Source: an uncultured bacterium (GTDB taxonomy: Bacteria; Acidobacteriota; Thermoanaerobaculia; Multivoradales; JAHZIX01). From it: a stretch of 64,000 nt of DNA. Below the pieces are notes generated by a model that was not told the origin of the DNA, did not search any database, and saw nothing but the letters and a program-made list of their open reading frames with translations. The translations under genes and the position numbers were made by a program. Location: the NCBI GenBank assembly GCA_965368975.1, contig CBDUPA010000014.1:96001-160000 (forward strand). The letters run 5' to 3'. Below, piece after piece: positions 47,072 to 56,742 of the stretch (the first letter of the stretch is position 1; every line of letters begins with the position of its first letter).

Positions 47072-50000
47072 TGACTGCTGGCAGAAGCGGCGAGCGCGGC
47101 CAGCGGTGAGCCGGTTCCTTCGCCCGAACCCTCAGCCGTGGAGCGGCGCTCGTCGCGGTCACCGGAGTCCGGCGTCGAACTCGCGGCGACATCCGGGCGA
47201 CGGTGGATCGAGACGCCGCGCAGCTCGACGGCCAACTCACCAGTCTCGGTGCTGAGAAAAACGTCGCAGCGCAGGTGGTCGTTGCCCAGCTGGCGCGCGT
47301 GCACGACCGCGCGCAGCGGTCCGGCCACCGGCAGCTCGCCATACAGGCGCCAGGTATCGACAGCGGTCGGTAGCGAGGCGCCACCCAGCTTGCGCTCGAA
47401 GGCGAGCACGGCCAGTTGCAGTGCGCCATCGAGGGTGCCGGGATCGGCGCCGGCGCGCGCGCTCGGGTACCAGCCCAGCTCGGCGCCAGTGGTCAGGCGC
47501 GCGGCCAGGCCGAGGCCGTCGTGCCCCTCGGTGGCGACACCGTCGAGCTGCTGCAGCACCTGGAAAGCCGGACCGTGGAACAGCACATCGCCGTCGTAGA
47601 AAGGCTCACGATCCCACGGTTCGAGACCAGCGGGTGCCGGCGGCGCGGCCGGATAGTGCGGTGGCCGCGGTGCCATCTCGGCAGTGGCACGGTAGCGTGC
47701 ATGGCCAGCGGCGTCGGTCAGCTCGAGCGCCAGGCGCGATTCGGGACCGTTGGAGATCAGGCGTGCCGCCAGGCGCAGGCGCTCGCCGCGACCACCGTCG
47801 TAGTCGTCCAGCCGGACACCCCGTAGCACCTGCAGATCCTGGCAAGCTGCCAGCACCAGACTCGGGCAGCAGGCTTCGGCCAGGTGGCGGAACCAGTGCA
47901 GCACGACCGCCACCGGCAGCACCGCGGTACCGTCCAGGCGGTGGTCACTCAGGTAGTCATGACGGCGGGCGCTGAGCCAGACATCCAGACTCCAGCGGCG
48001 CGGCGACTCGGCGCCGACCAGCGGTGCCAGACGCGGCTCGCCGCCGATCACCACTTCGACGTCCGTGCCGCGCGTCAGTTCGTCAGCCAGGCGTCGGGCC
48101 CCTTCGTCGAGCGGAATCAGAGGCACGCCCTGTTCGGCGAAACGAGCGCTCAGTTCCGCTGTCACCATGCCGCCCTGCCAGGGCCCCCAGCCGACCGCCA
48201 GCACCCGGCACGCTGGGCCGTCGGTGGAGTTGTGCGAGCGGCGGGCGGCCTCGGCGTGGGCAACCTTGTTGAGAACTTCGTTGGCCATCGCGTAGTCGGC
48301 CTGCCCGCGGTTGCCGCAGCGGCCAGCGACCGAGGAGAAGAGGCACAGCAGGCGTAGCGGATCTCCGGCAGTGGCGTCGAGCAGGGTGCGCAGACCGCCG
48401 ACCTTGGTACCGTAGACGCGCGCCACCTGCTCGGGGGTTTTGTCGGCGATGAACTTGTCGGCCAGCACGCCAGCCGCGTGTACGACGCCGGTGATCGGGC
48501 CCCAGTCGCGGCGCAGCTCGGCGAGCGCGGCACCAACGGCGAGCGCATCCTGGACGTCGACCGCCAGGTAGCGCGGACGCGCCCCGGTCGCTTCGAGGGC
48601 GGCGAGCGTCGCCCGCACTTCGCGGCCGGCGAGCAGCCGGCTGACCGCACGACCCAGCTCAGCCGGGGTCGGCGTCTCACCACGGTTACGGGCGTCGTCG
48701 AGCAGGGCTCGCTTGAGGGCCGTTTCCGCCTCGGGCCCCGTTGCAGCGACAGCAGCCGCGGCGGCCGGTTCCTCGGCCAGCGGTGTGCGACCGAGCAACG
48801 CCAGGCGCAGACCCGGTGCACGCCGCGCCAGTTCCAGCACGCAGGCCGCGGTAACACCGCGCGCGCCACCGGAGACCACCAAGACATCATTGCCATTCAA
48901 GGGCGGTAGCGCGTCCGTGCCAGCGGTCTGCGGTAGAGCCTCGGCGGCACTGACCACCACACGACGGCAGCCATCGGCGGACAAGGCAACTTCGGTGTGC
49001 GCGCCACCAGCCAGCAGTTCGTCGGCCAGCACGCGTGCCACGGCCGCGGCGGAGCGACCACCGCGCTGCAGATCGATCACCTTGACGGCGACCCCCGGCC
49101 ATTCCTGAGCCGCGGTCTTGGCCAGGCCCGAAAGCCCCGCCAACCAGGCGCCCGAGAGGCCCACTGACCGGCTGCTCTCCGCGGCCTCGGCATCGAGCAG
49201 AAAGCTCCCCCCCGTGTCCTGCACCGTGACAAAGACGCCCTCGGCTTCCTGGCGGTCGTCACCCGCGGCGTCCTGGCGCTGGCGCGCGAAGGCACGCGCG
49301 GCCTCGAAAGCGGCATAGGCAACACGGTCCGAGTCTGCACTGTCGGTCGGATCGACCAGGCCGCCCAGAAAGATCAGGGAAGCGGCCGACGCGGGCACGT
49401 GCTCGCTGACCACCACGTCCAGTCCTTGTTCGGCCAGCTCGGCGGCCAGCGCGTCGCCGATACCGGAGCCGGCGTCCAGGATGGCGATCAGCCCGGCGGC
49501 CAGCCCGGCCGGGGCAACCCCGACAGCTGGCCGTTCCTGCAGCCGTGGCACGAAGCGTCCCAGGGGTGCCGCTTCTCTTGCTGGCGGCTCCACCGGCCGA
49601 GACGGCGCGGCCTCGATCTCCTGGGTCGCGGGAAGTGCGGGTGTGATTTCAGGCAGTGCGGCTTGCTGTTGGGCAACGGCGCCAGTCCCGGCGGGCGCAC
49701 CACCGAGACGGTCCACGATCTGACCCAACGTGTGCAGCGCACCCAGTTCGGCGGCCTCCAGCTCCGGCAGCTCGGGCGCTCGCTCGCGCAGCGCCGACAG
49801 GATTTCGACCCGCTTGATCGAGTCGATGCCGAGGTCCGCTTCCAGGTCCATCTCGGCGCTCAGCATCTCCGCCGGATAGCCCGTCTTCTCCGCCACCACG
49901 TCGAGCACTAGGGGCTCGAGGTCTGGCGCGGCCGTCGAGCGCGCGCCGATAGTGTGGGCGGGAGTTGCCGCCACCGGGGATTCTTCCGTGGCCGTGGGCG

Positions 50001-53000
50001 CTCCCAGGCGCTCGGTGATCTGGCCCAGCGTGTGCAGCGCACCCAGTTCGGCGGCCTCCAGCTCCGGCAGCTCGGGCGCCCGCTCGCGCAGCGCCGACAA
50101 GATCTCGACCCGCTTGATCGAGTCGATGCCGAGGTCCGCTTCCAGGTCCATCTCGGCGCTCAGCATCTCCGCCGGATAGCCCGTCTTCTCCGCTACCACG
50201 TCGAGCACCAGGGCGCCGACATCGACGGAGCTAGCAACCCTGGGCTGCGATACGGGAGCAGCAACCGGCTCTGGCGCTGGAGGTTCGGACGGCAGGGTGG
50301 GCTGCACGGATGGTGAAGTCGCGCCTGGGACCTGCGCAGGAGCGCCAGGCTGAGGTGCAGCCGGCTGGGACACTACTGCCGGCTGGGACACTGCGAGCTG
50401 GGGTGTCGCGAGCTGGGACGATGCCGGCTGACCGCTCAGCATCGTCGTCAGGTTCTGGAACGAAGCTTCAGCGGTACGCAGAAAGGCCATCTGCGTGTCA
50501 GCCATGGTGCGCTGGAAGGCGCTGTGGGTCTCCACCATCTGGCGCTGTGCTTCCTGGTAGACGCGCATCCAGTCACTGCCGGCAGCGGCGGACGGAGCCG
50601 CGGCGGGGCCGGCTGGAGCGGTAGCAGGCTTGGTCGGGATTTCAGACATGGAATTCGACTCGCTCTCCGGGCCCCGAGTCGCGGTCGCGGCGGGCCCAGC
50701 TGGAAGGACGGGTGCTTCGAGGGAAACTGCTGGTTGAACTGCTGGTTGGACGGGTGAGATCGCGGGCTGCTCTTCGGGATTGGGCCCGGGCAACTCGGCG
50801 GCGCCGCCGGGCGGCGGGTAGGGGCGGCCATAGTTGCTGCCGCGGATCGACAGGGTCATCTTGGGCCGCGGGCGTTGGTGTGGATCTTCCGGCACCCGGA
50901 AGCCCTGCCACAGGGCCGCGAAGTCGAGACGCCGGCCGGACGCGGCGAGGCGTCCCAGGGCGTGCCACAAGCCGGCCAAGCCACCATTGCTCTTGCGCTC
51001 CAGGCTCACCGCCAGGTGCGGACGCTCGCCCAGGCACTTACGCACCAACTGCGTCAGTACGCTGCCGGGGCCCACCTCGACGAAGGTGCGCACGCCGCGT
51101 GCGTACAGCGCTTCGACCTGCTCGACGAAGAGCACCGGCCGGCTCAGTTGCTCGGCCAGGCGGGTGCGCACGGCGTCCGCCGCCTGCGGGTAGGGCTGGG
51201 CGTCGGCGTTGGCGATCACCGGCAGCCGCGGCGGCTGCATCTCGACGCGGCTCAGGAAGTCGGCGAAGGGGCGCGACGAGCTACTGACGTGCGGGGAGTG
51301 GAAGGCGGTGTGGACGTCGAGCTTCTTGACCTTCAGGCCATCTTCTTTCAAGCGACCGGCGATCGAATCGATGGCGCTCTCGGGACCGGACAGCACGACC
51401 TGCCGCGGCGCATTGTGGTTGGCAATCGACAGCTCGATGAACTCGGGAGCTTCGAGTAGCGGTCGCAAGTCCTCGGGCGAGGCTGCCACGGCCAGCATGG
51501 CCCCCGGCTCACCACCAGCAGCAGCACCCGCACCGTTCGTTGCCCGTGCGGCGGCCTCGGTCATCAGTTCACCGCGGCGCCGAGCGACGCGCAGGGCACT
51601 GGCGGCATCGAGCACGCCAGCGGCGGCCAGCGCGGTCACTTCGCCGAAGCTGTGACCGGCGACGCAGTCGGGCTCGAGCCCCAGGCGCCGCAACAAGGCC
51701 AGTTGCGCCAGGCTAGCGGCTCCCAGCGCCGGCTGGGCCCAGTGCGTCTCGGTAAGACGCGCTTCCTGGGCCGCGCGCTGCGGGTCCTCGCCTGTCGGCA
51801 AGGGGAAGGTCGGCGGCGGGAAGACGACGCGCGACAATTCGGGCTGCACATCGGCAGCCAGGTCCCAGACCTCGCGCGCGCCGTCGAAGTTGGCGGCCAG
51901 CTCGGCACCCATGTGCAAGCGCTGACTGCCCTGGCCAGGGAAGAGGAAAGCCAGTTCGTCGACGGCGCCGTCGGTAGCGGAACTGGCATCGGAGCCGTAG
52001 ACCCCTCCGCCAAAAACACCGTGCTCTGGCCTATCACCGCCTTCCAGCCGGCCGGCGGCACGCTCCAACTTGTCGGCCAACTCGGCGGCATCCGTCGTTA
52101 CCACGGCCAAGCGCTGGTGCCGGCTCCAGGCGGCGTCGCCGGCGGCCGCGATCTGCGTCGAGTGCGCCAACCAGGCGAGCCAGCTCTGCCCTGCGGCCAG
52201 GTCACCGACGACGGGATCGGCCACGGCTCGCCGAGCCTCCTGCGCCAGCCGACGGCAACGTCTGGCCAGCGACGGTACGTCCTCGGCGCTCAGCAGCAGC
52301 AGCTCCGTGCCGACCGGGCGGAAGCGTGGTGCCGCATGCGCTCCTCGGTACTCTTCGAGCGTCAGGTGGAAGTTGGAACCACCGAAGCCAAAGGCACTCA
52401 CCCCCGCCCGTCGCGGATGGTCACCACCACGAATCCACGGCCGTGGGCTCTCTGTTGTCGAGGACGAGCCGGCCACGTTGAGGTAGAAGGGGCTGGCGTC
52501 GAGTTCGAGCTTGGGGTTGGGACGATCGATCTTGATACCGCCCGGCAGCACCTTGTGGTGCAGCGCCATGATCACCTTGAACAGGCCGGCGGCACCCGCC
52601 GCGGCCTTGGTGTGCCCCACCTGCGATTTGACGGAACCGAGTGCGCACCAGGGCGCCAAAGTCCCCGCGGTCGCCGTCGCATCGGCAGCCTCGCCGAAGA
52701 CGAGCTTCAGTCCCGCGACTTCGGCGGCGTCGCCCGCCTTGGTGCCGGTGCCGTGCGCTTCCACCAGTTCCACCGTCTCGGGGCCGTATCCAGCGCGCTC
52801 GTAGGCGCGGCGCACGGCACGCGCCTGGCCTTCGGGCAGCGGTGCATAGACACTCTTGGCCCGACCGTCCGACGACGAGCCGATGCCGCGTAGCACGGCG
52901 TAGATGCGGTCGCCATCACGCTCGGCGTCTTCGAGCCGCTTGAGCGCCACCATGCCGAGCCCCTCGCCCAGCAGCGTGCCGTCGGCGCGGTCCGAGAACG

Positions 53001-53865
53001 GCCGCACGTCGCCGCTCATCGACAGCGCCGGTGTCTTGCTGAAGCACATCTGCATAAAGATGTCCGAGAAGGTGTCGACACCACCGGTGATCACCAGCTT
53101 GGAGTGCCCCAGATAGAGCTCGTGCACCGCCATCGACAGCGCCGAAAAGGCCGACGCGCACGCGGCGTCGGTGACGCTGTTGGTACCGCCGAGGTCAAAG
53201 CGGTTGGCGATGCGGCCGGCGACAACGTTGCCGAGCAGCCCCGGGAAGGTGCTCTCCTGCCACGGCACGTAGTGCTCGGCAATGCGCTCGCAGGCCTCCT
53301 GCACGCGGCTCTCCGGCAGCCCCATCTCGCGCAGCGCCTTGACCCAGATCGGCCGCTGCAGCCGTCCGGCCATCTCGCCGAGCAGCTCCTGCGCCGAGGT
53401 GACGCCAAGGATGATCGACACGTCGCGCTTGTCGAGGGCGTCGAACTGGCCCTGCGTCGCGTCGTCGAGCACTTGGCGGGCGACGATCAGCGCCAGCAGC
53501 TGTGAAGTGTCGGTCGCCGGCACGATCGACGGTGGGATGCCGAAGGCGACCGGGTCAAAATCAACGTCGTCGAGGAAGGAGCCGCGGCGCGCATACGTCT
53601 TGTCCGGCGCCTTGGGATCGGGATCGTAGTAGTCCTCGGGCAGCCAGTGGCTGGGCGGCACGTCGGTGATCAGGTCGCGCCCAGCCAGGATGTCGCGCCA
53701 GAAACCGCCGGCATCCGCAGAGCCGGCGAACAGCGTGCTCACCCCGACCACCGCGACCGGCATCGACGCTCCCGCCAGCACCGCGCTCTCGCGCACTGCC
53801 GTCTCGGGCCCCTGGTTTGCGGGCCTGCGGGTGTCGGGCTTGGTGTCGGGCATCTTGGGAGTCAT
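47068..53865 (-). CDS. pfaA: PUFA-synthase-like subunit KS-AT-ACP-ACP-KR-DH (PfaA / Pfa2 type)
   Basis: FPGLLGNVVAGRIANR, DAACAS, EAHGTGT, GHSFG, two LGIDSIKRVEI, GGARGV, DYAMAN, DHRLDG. Confidence 0.93.
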   Translation of the reverse strand: MTPKMPDTKPDTRRPANQGPETAVRESAVLAGASMPVAVVGVSTLFAGSADAGGFWRDILAGRDLITDVPPSHWLPEDYYDPDPKAPDKTYARRGSFLDDVDFDPVAFGIPPSIVPATDTSQLLALIVARQVLDDATQGQFDALDKRDVSIILGVTSAQELLGEMAGRLQRPIWVKALREMGLPESRVQEACERIAEHYVPWQESTFPGLLGNVVAGRIANRFDLGGTNSVTDAACASAFSALSMAVHELYLGHSKLVITGGVDTFSDIFMQMCFSKTPALSMSGDVRPFSDRADGTLLGEGLGMVALKRLEDAERDGDRIYAVLRGIGSSSDGRAKSVYAPLPEGQARAVRRAYERAGYGPETVELVEAHGTGTKAGDAAEVAGLKLVFGEAADATATAGTLAPWCALGSVKSQVGHTKAAAGAAGLFKVIMALHHKVLPGGIKIDRPNPKLELDASPFYLNVAGSSSTTESPRPWIRGGDHPRRAGVSAFGFGGSNFHLTLEEYRGAHAAPRFRPVGTELLLLSAEDVPSLARRCRRLAQEARRAVADPVVGDLAAGQSWLAWLAHSTQIAAAGDAAWSRHQRLAVVTTDAAELADKLERAAGRLEGGDRPEHGVFGGGVYGSDASSATDGAVDELAFLFPGQGSQRLHMGAELAANFDGAREVWDLAADVQPELSRVVFPPPTFPLPTGEDPQRAAQEARLTETHWAQPALGAASLAQLALLRRLGLEPDCVAGHSFGEVTALAAAGVLDAASALRVARRRGELMTEAAARATNGAGAAAGGEPGAMLAVAASPEDLRPLLEAPEFIELSIANHNAPRQVVLSGPESAIDSIAGRLKEDGLKVKKLDVHTAFHSPHVSSSSRPFADFLSRVEMQPPRLPVIANADAQPYPQAADAVRTRLAEQLSRPVLFVEQVEALYARGVRTFVEVGPGSVLTQLVRKCLGERPHLAVSLERKSNGGLAGLWHALGRLAASGRRLDFAALWQGFRVPEDPHQRPRPKMTLSIRGSNYGRPYPPPGGAAELPGPNPEEQPAISPVQPAVQPAVSLEAPVLPAGPAATATRGPESESNSMSEIPTKPATAPAGPAAAPSAAAGSDWMRVYQEAQRQMVETHSAFQRTMADTQMAFLRTAEASFQNLTTMLSGQPASSQLATPQLAVSQPAVVSQPAAPQPGAPAQVPGATSPSVQPTLPSEPPAPEPVAAPVSQPRVASSVDVGALVLDVVAEKTGYPAEMLSAEMDLEADLGIDSIKRVEILSALRERAPELPELEAAELGALHTLGQITERLGAPTATEESPVAATPAHTIGARSTAAPDLEPLVLDVVAEKTGYPAEMLSAEMDLEADLGIDSIKRVEILSALRERAPELPELEAAELGALHTLGQIVDRLGGAPAGTGAVAQQQAALPEITPALPATQEIEAAPSRPVEPPAREAAPLGRFVPRLQERPAVGVAPAGLAAGLIAILDAGSGIGDALAAELAEQGLDVVVSEHVPASAASLIFLGGLVDPTDSADSDRVAYAAFEAARAFARQRQDAAGDDRQEAEGVFVTVQDTGGSFLLDAEAAESSRSVGLSGAWLAGLSGLAKTAAQEWPGVAVKVIDLQRGGRSAAAVARVLADELLAGGAHTEVALSADGCRRVVVSAAEALPQTAGTDALPPLNGNDVLVVSGGARGVTAACVLELARRAPGLRLALLGRTPLAEEPAAAAAVAATGPEAETALKRALLDDARNRGETPTPAELGRAVSRLLAGREVRATLAALEATGARPRYLAVDVQDALAVGAALAELRRDWGPITGVVHAAGVLADKFIADKTPEQVARVYGTKVGGLRTLLDATAGDPLRLLCLFSSVAGRCGNRGQADYAMANEVLNKVAHAEAARRSHNSTDGPACRVLAVGWGPWQGGMVTAELSARFAEQGVPLIPLDEGARRLADELTRGTDVEVVIGGEPRLAPLVGAESPRRWSLDVWLSARRHDYLSDHRLDGTAVLPVAVVLHWFRHLAEACCPSLVLAACQDLQVLRGVRLDDYDGGRGERLRLAARLISNGPESRLALELTDAAGHARYRATAEMAPRPPHYPAAPPAPAGLEPWDREPFYDGDVLFHGPAFQVLQQLDGVATEGHDGLGLAARLTTGAELGWYPSARAGADPGTLDGALQLAVLAFERKLGGASLPTAVDTWRLYGELPVAGPLRAVVHARQLGNDHLRCDVFLSTETGELAVELRGVSIHRRPDVAASSTPDSGDRDERRSTAEGSGEGTGSPLAALAASASSQ

Positions 53866-53890
53866 TCTCAGCTAGTCAGTTCGAGCCGGC

Positions 53891-55567
53891 TCACCCGAGT
53901 GGGCGGGGCGCAAAGCGGAAAGCGCCCGGAGGTACCGGTACGCCGTAGGTTCGGAATTGTTGTGCACGCGTGACCACCGCCGCGCCCTCGAGCAGGTTAC
54001 GGGCGATCTGGACGACAGTGCGGGCTTCCGGATCTTCCAGGAACGAGCCTCGCACCCAATCGTTGAAAGCGCCCATGGCGGGGCCACACCAGATCTGAAA
54101 ATCAAGTTCGCGACCGGCCTGCCCTTGGATGGCCCAAGCGCTCGAAAGTCCGAGGTACCAGCGAAAGACCAACGCCATCCGGTGCTTGGCATCACCGCGG
54201 GCACGCTCGGCCTGGGCCGGGTCGCGTTCGGCGAAGAAGCGTTCGGTGGCAGCCCAGACGTCGTCCAGACTCTGTTGGAAGATTTCGCTTTCGAGACGCT
54301 GGCGTACCGCCGCCGGCAGCGCGTCGAGAGACGGATACTGCCGGTACAGTTCGTACAGGCGGGCGGCGCGGCCTGCAAACATACTACCGCGTTTCAGAAC
54401 CTGAACGCGGATCCCCTGCTCGAACATGTCCGCCGCCGGGGCCATGACGACGTCCGCCAGCGACGCTTGCGCCAGCATGCGGCGACCCGCCGGTGACAGC
54501 CCGGACTCGCGCGCCGACTGGTTGACCGAGCCGGTGAGCACGTAGGCCGCGCCGAGTCCGAAGGCGGCTGCCACCGCTGACGGTGTGCCCAGCCCCCCGG
54601 CCGCACCGACGCGAATCGGTCGCGTGTAGCCGTGGCGCGCGCTCAGTTCGTCGCGCAGCGCATGGATAATCGGGAACAGCGCGGTCAAGCTCTGGTTGTC
54701 GGTGTGCCCGCCCGAATCGGCCTCCACCGTCACGTCTTCGGCCACCGGCAGACGCGCCGCCAGCTCCGCCTCGCGCGCCGAAAGCTGCCCCGCCTCGACC
54801 AACGCCGATAGCATCTCCGCCGGCGCCGGCGAGAGAAACCGCCGCGCCACCTCGGGCCGCGAAATCTTGGCGAACACGTGGTTGCGCCGGTGCAGCCGTC
54901 CCGCCGCGTCGACGTCCAGCCCACTGGCCGCGTAGCGCACCAGTGCCGGCGTCAAGGCCATGTAGGCCGACGCCGAGACGCGTCGCACACCGCGCCGCAA
55001 GTAGAGGTCGACCACCGCTCGCTCCAGCTCCGGCTCGTTGGGCGAGTGGATGAGGTTGGAGCCCCAAGGCAAGACCGCGTGGCCATTGCCGCCACTCTCA
55101 TGGCGCGCGGATCCCAAAGCCGCCTCGATCTCCTCCAGCGCCGCTTCCACCCGCGCAGGACCCAGTCCGGCGGCACCGAAGAATCCGAGCATGCCGGCAC
55201 GCGCCATGGCGATCACCAGCTCCGCCGTCGCAATGCCGTTGGCCATCGCTCCCGCGACGTACGGGAAACGCACCTGGTGCGCCTCCAGGAACGACCGATC
55301 ACCCAGCCATTCCGGGTAGAGCGCCGGCAAGGTCGCCAACCAGGGGCGCACGTCCCGGGCGCCGTTGACCTGCCCCCCTGGCGTCACGATGCCCCCCAAG
55401 GCCACGCCGACCCGACCGGCGACCGCTTCGCGCACCACGTGCGCGGGCTCGCGCACCCGCTCCGTCGCGGCGGTCAAACCCGTCGCGTCGAAAGCCGGTG
55501 CGTCGGCAGCCAGCGTCGAGGGCCCCGGTGCCCAGGCACCTACAGCGATCAATTCAGAAGACGGCAT
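53891..55567 (-). CDS. pfaD: PUFA synthase enoyl reductase (PfaD / Pfa1)
   Basis: AGAMANGIA, EADSGGHTDN, MAPAADMFE, QIWCGPAMGAFN; start may be as far up as 55672. Confidence 0.95.
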   Translation of the reverse strand: MPSSELIAVGAWAPGPSTLAADAPAFDATGLTAATERVREPAHVVREAVAGRVGVALGGIVTPGGQVNGARDVRPWLATLPALYPEWLGDRSFLEAHQVRFPYVAGAMANGIATAELVIAMARAGMLGFFGAAGLGPARVEAALEEIEAALGSARHESGGNGHAVLPWGSNLIHSPNEPELERAVVDLYLRRGVRRVSASAYMALTPALVRYAASGLDVDAAGRLHRRNHVFAKISRPEVARRFLSPAPAEMLSALVEAGQLSAREAELAARLPVAEDVTVEADSGGHTDNQSLTALFPIIHALRDELSARHGYTRPIRVGAAGGLGTPSAVAAAFGLGAAYVLTGSVNQSARESGLSPAGRRMLAQASLADVVMAPAADMFEQGIRVQVLKRGSMFAGRAARLYELYRQYPSLDALPAAVRQRLESEIFQQSLDDVWAATERFFAERDPAQAERARGDAKHRMALVFRWYLGLSSAWAIQGQAGRELDFQIWCGPAMGAFNDWVRGSFLEDPEARTVVQIARNLLEGAAVVTRAQQFRTYGVPVPPGAFRFAPRPLG

Positions 55568-55911
55568 GGTGGTCAATTCGAGATTGTGTGCAGAGACAGA
55601 AGTACCGGCGCGGGCGCGCCGGCTGCCACTGACCGGTGAGTGGCCCTTGTTACTATCTCGCAGGTACTGCAAGGGCTGTGTCAGAAATCCGTCAGACTTG
55701 CTCTTGTGGGAGAGTCAGCCCACAGTGGTGAGCCGCTACAGCAGCTCGAGTGCGGTTGCCGCACCCCCGGCCCCATGTCACAATAGCGGCGACCGCCCGC
55801 TCTGGACGGCACTTTCCTGGTGGCGCTCCACCTGCCACCAGCAAAACAAGCAAGCACACGCATCGCGCAATCCAACAATATCTGACGACCACCCGACGGG
55901 AGGAGTCTTCT

Positions 55912-56715
55912 ATGTCCCAGGAAACCAAGACGCTGGTTCACTACGACGTACGCGACGGCGTCGCCTACCTGACGCTCGACGACGCGCCGGCCAACACCTA
56001 CACCCACCAGATGATGCGCCAGCTCGACGAGGCCATTCTGAAAGCGCGCTTCGACGCCGATGTGCACGTCATCGTGATGACCGGCATGGGCCAGAAGTTC
56101 TTCTGCGCCGGCGCCGACATCAACATGCTGCAGACCTCCGACCCGACCTTCAAGTACTTCTTCTGCCTGCACGCCAACGAGACCCTCAACCGTCTCGAGC
56201 AAACGCCGAAGCTGGTGATCGCGGCGCTCAACGGACACACCGTCGGTGGTGGTCTGGAGATCGCGATGGCGGCGGACATCCGCATTGCGCGCAAGGGCGC
56301 GGGCAAGGTCGGCCTGCCGGAGATCAACCTGGGTGTGCTGCCGGGCACCGGTGGCACTCAGCGGCTCTCGCGCGTGGTCGGCAAGAGCAAGTCGATCGAG
56401 CTGATGGTGACCGGCGAGACCTTCGGCTTCGAGCAGGCGCAGGAGTACGGCCTGGTCAACCAGATCTTCGACTGCGACGGCGACGCCTTCGCGGAGCAGA
56501 TCCACGCTTACGCGACGCAGTTCTGCCCGCCGAACAAGGCCGCCAAGGCTGCCGGTCGTATCAAGCGCTCGGTGCAGTCCGGCTGGGAGATCCCGTTCGA
56601 AAGCGCCCTGGCGATCGAGCGCGAGCTGCAGCAGCAGCTGTTCCAGAGCGACGACGCCCGCGAGGGTCTCGACGCCTACGTCAACAAGCGCAAGCCGGCC
56701 TTCAAGGCCTGCTGA
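55912..56715 (+). CDS. Enoyl-CoA hydratase/isomerase (resembles BoxC-type N-terminal domain)
   Basis: GGAGGAG RBS; FCAGADI, FCLHANET, GGGLEIA, LPEINLGVLPGTGGTQRL. Confidence 0.88.
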   Translation: MSQETKTLVHYDVRDGVAYLTLDDAPANTYTHQMMRQLDEAILKARFDADVHVIVMTGMGQKFFCAGADINMLQTSDPTFKYFFCLHANETLNRLEQTPKLVIAALNGHTVGGGLEIAMAADIRIARKGAGKVGLPEINLGVLPGTGGTQRLSRVVGKSKSIELMVTGETFGFEQAQEYGLVNQIFDCDGDAFAEQIHAYATQFCPPNKAAKAAGRIKRSVQSGWEIPFESALAIERELQQQLFQSDDAREGLDAYVNKRKPAFKAC

Positions 56716-56742
56716 GCGAGACCGAGGAAGGACGGGACGCCC

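Noticed and set aside
50816-50829. GGGTAGGGGCG inside pfaA (also CGCCCCTAC at 15971) as REP copies
   Set aside because: No partner arm; the pfaA match encodes the ordinary GRPYP peptide.
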